Assembly (NCBI GenBank): GCA_003208875.1
Contig: QCUR01000003.1
Location: 1 to 64,000, forward strand
DNA: 64,000 nucleotides
DNA from: Prochlorococcus sp. AG-679-M23
GTDB lineage: Bacteria; Cyanobacteriota; Cyanobacteriia; PCC-6307; Cyanobiaceae
Reading direction: 5' to 3'
In this document: positions 59,287-64,000 of the stretch, piece by piece
How the letters are laid out: each line of letters starts with the position of its first letter
How positions within the stretch are numbered: the stretch's first letter is position 1
Notes under the pieces: generated by a model
What the model was told of the DNA's origin: nothing
The model's input: only the letters and a program-made list of their open reading frames with translations
The model's database searches: none
Translations under genes and position numbers: made by a program

Positions 59287-60594
59287 TTATTCTGATTTAT
59301 TAAAACCATTAAATATTTGAACTGCGACCTTAATAGCATTTTCAAAAAGTGGGCTAGTATTTCCTCTACTACTTCCCAATAACTTACTTACATCAGATTC
59401 TGATGAAGAAAAAGCATTTGGAACAACTTGCTCTATTAATTGCATATCAGCCATACCTCCAGCTTCAAGTCTCATACATTCAACAGATTCACAGCCAAGA
59501 ATTACACAAGTATTGTTTTTAAGAACCTTACTAATTTTAGAAATCAATCTTAATCCTATAACTTGGCCTGAATGTATACTTGGATTTCCCAACGGAATAG
59601 AGTTTATAAATGTTGAAATTTTCTCACCATTATTTCTTTTGAATTCTATTTTTATTAATTCTCCATGATTATATATTTTTGAAAATGCCCATCCTAGTTT
59701 GTCACTAATCCACGAAATTAAAAGTAGCGCTTGAATAAAATTACCTTCTGCTATATCTATATCTATATCTGAGATATGATCTAATATAGGTCTCCTGGAT
59801 GGAGGATCAAAAATCATTGCTAATGATTCACGCCAGCTTTTCAGTCTTACCCAATTTAAATCATTTATAGCCTTATTTGAATTTATTGATTGATAAAGGA
59901 TTTTTAAACATCTTTTAGGAGACCCATTTGCAGTATCAATAATTAGCCTAATACCCTGATCAGTAAAATAATTAAAAATTTCTTGTGATTCATCAAGGCT
60001 GCCATTCCACCATAACCATATAGGTAAGTCTTTTATAGATAGGTCATCAATAATTTTCAATCCGTTTTTATTAATAGAATTAGAGTCACCCCTTATGACG
60101 ACTAAATCGCCACAGATAGGTTGAGTTATATTGTTATCACTAAGTGGGCAATAAGCAGATACAAAAGTTTTTATTTCTGATCCTTTATTTAAAGTTGGTG
60201 CTAAGGTAATTAATCTTCTAGGATTTAAGGTGCTTATTGAAGATTCAAAGAATTGTCCTCTTAAGTCTTCATAATCTTTATTTGATAAATTCCCCTTTAA
60301 TAAAGTCAACAACTTTTCACTAAATATGGAAGTAGTATGTGACAATCCTTTATCTATAATTAATTTTTTAGCAACTTTTATAATCTCGGGACTTAATGTT
60401 CCAGTAATTGGTCCACTTATTAAGCCTGATTTAACTAAACATTGTTCAAGCCATGCAGGCTGCCAGACAATCAAAGTAAAAGTATTTGCTCCAGCGCTTT
60501 CTTCATCTTCAGAAATCCATAATTGATTTAAATAATTAGATATTTCTTGATGAGGTAGTTCTAATGGGGTTTGAAGTGTTAATTGAGGTTTCAT
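59287..60594 (-). CDS. opcA: G6PDH assembly/activator protein OpcA
   Basis: Downstream of zwf; SAYCP, LWWNG, DLNWVRL. Confidence 0.93.
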   Translation of the reverse strand: MKPQLTLQTPLELPHQEISNYLNQLWISEDEESAGANTFTLIVWQPAWLEQCLVKSGLISGPITGTLSPEIIKVAKKLIIDKGLSHTTSIFSEKLLTLLKGNLSNKDYEDLRGQFFESSISTLNPRRLITLAPTLNKGSEIKTFVSAYCPLSDNNITQPICGDLVVIRGDSNSINKNGLKIIDDLSIKDLPIWLWWNGSLDESQEIFNYFTDQGIRLIIDTANGSPKRCLKILYQSINSNKAINDLNWVRLKSWRESLAMIFDPPSRRPILDHISDIDIDIAEGNFIQALLLISWISDKLGWAFSKIYNHGELIKIEFKRNNGEKISTFINSIPLGNPSIHSGQVIGLRLISKISKVLKNNTCVILGCESVECMRLEAGGMADMQLIEQVVPNAFSSSESDVSKLLGSSRGNTSPLFENAIKVAVQIFNGFNKSE

Positions 60595-60601
60595 TATAAA
60601 A

Positions 60602-62125
60602 TTAGGGTCTGCGCCAAAAAATATTGTCTTTGGAAAGTAATTGATCTGATTCAGGAGGTCCCCAAGTCATTGATTCGTATTTATGAATAGGTAACTTCCA
60701 AGGAGAGTCTTCCATTAATTCTATTAATGGAGTATAAAGTTTCCAAGCAGCTTCTACCTCATCACTCCTTGTAAACAAGGTAGGATCAGAGAGCATGGCA
60801 TCAGCCAACAATCTTACATAACCTTCGTCAGAAGGCTCTCCAAAAGATTCATCGTAAGAAAATTCCATCTCAACTGGTCTTGATTTCATCCCAGAACCAG
60901 GTGATTTGACTTCAAATTTAAAAGTAGCCCCTTCATTAGGCTGAATCCTAAGAATAAGCTGATTTGGCGAAGGATTAATTATTGTTGATTCAAATAAATG
61001 TACTGGGACATCTTTAAATGTTAATACAATTTCCCCAAGTCTTTTCGGTAGTCTTTTACCTGTTCTTAAGTAGAAAGGAACTCCTTGCCATCGCCAATTA
61101 TCAATAAATACTTTTGTAGCGATATAAGTCTCTGTTGTACTGTTCAAATTTACTCCATCTTCATCTCTATAACCTTTAAGTCTTTTAAGACTATTCCCTC
61201 CTTGTGCATACTGACCTCTGACACAGCAATTCCAGGGTTCATTCTCATCGGCAAGTTTTGAAGCTTGAAGAACTTTTGCTTTTTCATTTCTTATTGCCTC
61301 AGGTTCAAATTTACCAGGAGGCTCCATCGCAGTTACAGCAAGCATTTGAGTTAAATGATTTTGAAGCATATCTCTTAACGCACCAGAGCTTTCATAATAA
61401 CCAGCTCTATCTTCAACCCCAACAGTCTCCGATGATGTTATTTGAACACTTGAAATATAATTCCTATTCCATATAGGTTCAAAAATAGTATTAGCAAACC
61501 TCATAACGAGTATGTTTTGAACAGTCTCTTTCCCTAAATAATGATCTATTCGATATATCTGACTTTCATCTGCACAACTTTGAACGATCTTATTTAATTT
61601 CTTCGCACTTGAATAATCTCTTCCAAAGGGTTTTTCAATAACGATTCGACTTTTCTTTAGATCATCTAGTAATCCAGCATTCTTTAGAGCCTTACATCCA
61701 CTTCCATAAAAGTTTGGAGATACTGATAAATAAAAGGTCTTATTTCCATGAGTAGCCTGTAATTTATCAACTTCATTTAATCTTTTGGAAAGTCTTACAA
61801 CATGATCACTTTGCTGTAAATCAACTGGTTCGTAGAATAGATAATTTGAAAACTTTTCCCATTCCTTTTCATTGTCAGATATTTGATCAGTTAACTTAGC
61901 CTTCATTTTTTCCTTAAAATCTTGATCACTCCAAGGCCTTCTTGCACACCCGACTATAGCAAATTCACTTGGGATCCTTCTTTGCAAATAGAGTTCAAAT
62001 AAGGCAGGTATAAGTTTTCTATGAGTAAGATCTCCACTAGCTCCAAATATTATTAGGCATTGTGGAGATATCACTCTTTCTTGTCGCAAACCCAATCTAA
62101 GAGGATTACTTAAGGTTGAGGACAT
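60602..62125 (-). CDS. zwf: glucose-6-phosphate 1-dehydrogenase
   Basis: GASGDL, EKPFG, RIDHYLGKE. Confidence 0.97.
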   Translation of the reverse strand: MSSTLSNPLRLGLRQERVISPQCLIIFGASGDLTHRKLIPALFELYLQRRIPSEFAIVGCARRPWSDQDFKEKMKAKLTDQISDNEKEWEKFSNYLFYEPVDLQQSDHVVRLSKRLNEVDKLQATHGNKTFYLSVSPNFYGSGCKALKNAGLLDDLKKSRIVIEKPFGRDYSSAKKLNKIVQSCADESQIYRIDHYLGKETVQNILVMRFANTIFEPIWNRNYISSVQITSSETVGVEDRAGYYESSGALRDMLQNHLTQMLAVTAMEPPGKFEPEAIRNEKAKVLQASKLADENEPWNCCVRGQYAQGGNSLKRLKGYRDEDGVNLNSTTETYIATKVFIDNWRWQGVPFYLRTGKRLPKRLGEIVLTFKDVPVHLFESTIINPSPNQLILRIQPNEGATFKFEVKSPGSGMKSRPVEMEFSYDESFGEPSDEGYVRLLADAMLSDPTLFTRSDEVEAAWKLYTPLIELMEDSPWKLPIHKYESMTWGPPESDQLLSKDNIFWRRP

Positions 62126-62238
62126 ATCTTTTTATAAGTCTTATATAGATAAAATCGTCTTTTTTGGACTAATTAGCTACATTTTGTGTCTAAACCAAAA
62201 AAGTCTTTAAATTATTAAAAAAATTTTTAGTGGGAAAT

Positions 62239-63360
<1,122 letters not shown>

Positions 63361-63533
63361 TTATTTATACTAAAAGATTATCAATTTGTATATTAATTTG
63401 TATGTGTTTTATAAAAATGGTTACGTTTTGAGATCGGAATATTTAATTATAAATCTTTCCATTTTTAAATTTTTATAAATTTTATCGGTATAGTTACACA
63501 GGAATAATTTTTTATTTAATAAAAAATTCATCT

Positions 63534-64000
63534 ATGAATAATTCTCAAAGATCAGTAACTCATTCTCAAAATGATGATTATAGGACAATTGAGCAGACCA
63601 TGGAAAAGCTTTCTGGAGGAACAAGAAGGCTTGCTGCTCAGTTAACTACTTCTGCAACTTTCAACTCACTATGGAATGTTCTAACTGATTATGACCGCCT
63701 AAATATCTATATCCCGAATTTGTTATCTAGTAGAAAAATTTATAAAAATAATAATAATGTTCATCTAAAACAAGTTGGTGCTCAAGATTTCCTTGGAATG
63801 AAATTTTCAGCGGAAGTTACTATTGATTTATTCGAAGAGAAAGAACTTGGTTTATTAAAATTTAGTCTAATTAAAGGAGATTTCAGAAGATTTGAAGGGA
63901 GCTGGAAAATTAAAAAAATAAAAGACACTTCAAAAAACTCATTAATTTATGATCTGACTGTTCAGGGTTGTCAATGGATGCCAATAGGAATGATAGAAAA
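63534..64000 (+). CDS. SRPBCC/polyketide cyclase family protein (partial, runs off window end)
   Basis: Manual translation: LWNVLTDYDRL..YIPNL...KGDFRRFEGSW. Confidence 0.85.
   Translation, partial: MNNSQRSVTHSQNDDYRTIEQTMEKLSGGTRRLAAQLTTSATFNSLWNVLTDYDRLNIYIPNLLSSRKIYKNNNNVHLKQVGAQDFLGMKFSAEVTIDLFEEKELGLLKFSLIKGDFRRFEGSWKIKKIKDTSKNSLIYDLTVQGCQWMPIGMIE

Overview
AT-rich cyanobacterial chromosome segment. Gene content and sequence character (petG, cytM, chlI, crtL, opcA-zwf-petH, Yfr1 between guaB and trxA) point to a high-light-type Prochlorococcus; this is inferred from recognition, not from a search. The first ~30 kb is an accessory-like region dense in small genes. It holds a membrane-anchored Mrr-like nuclease, two PAP/fibrillin genes, a Psb34-like peptide, a passenger-less inverse-autotransporter barrel with a co-oriented secreted protein, a Yfr2 plus Yfr1-motif (Yfr10-like) sRNA pair, a Zur-controlled zinc cluster (ABC transporter, COG0523 GTPase, WD40 protein), a Yfr6-like RNA/peptide locus, and a CP-ATP-grasp/alpha-E/transglutaminase operon preceded by an NtcA box. 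From ~30 kb onward the window is core housekeeping genes. The most notable observations are an uncharacterised ~130-aa FEWxG domain inserted in both the Zn-binding protein and the adjacent COG0523 GTPase, the apparently split type Ve secretion pair, and zur lying antisense inside the ABC operon. No rRNA, tRNA, CRISPR array or IS element was seen.
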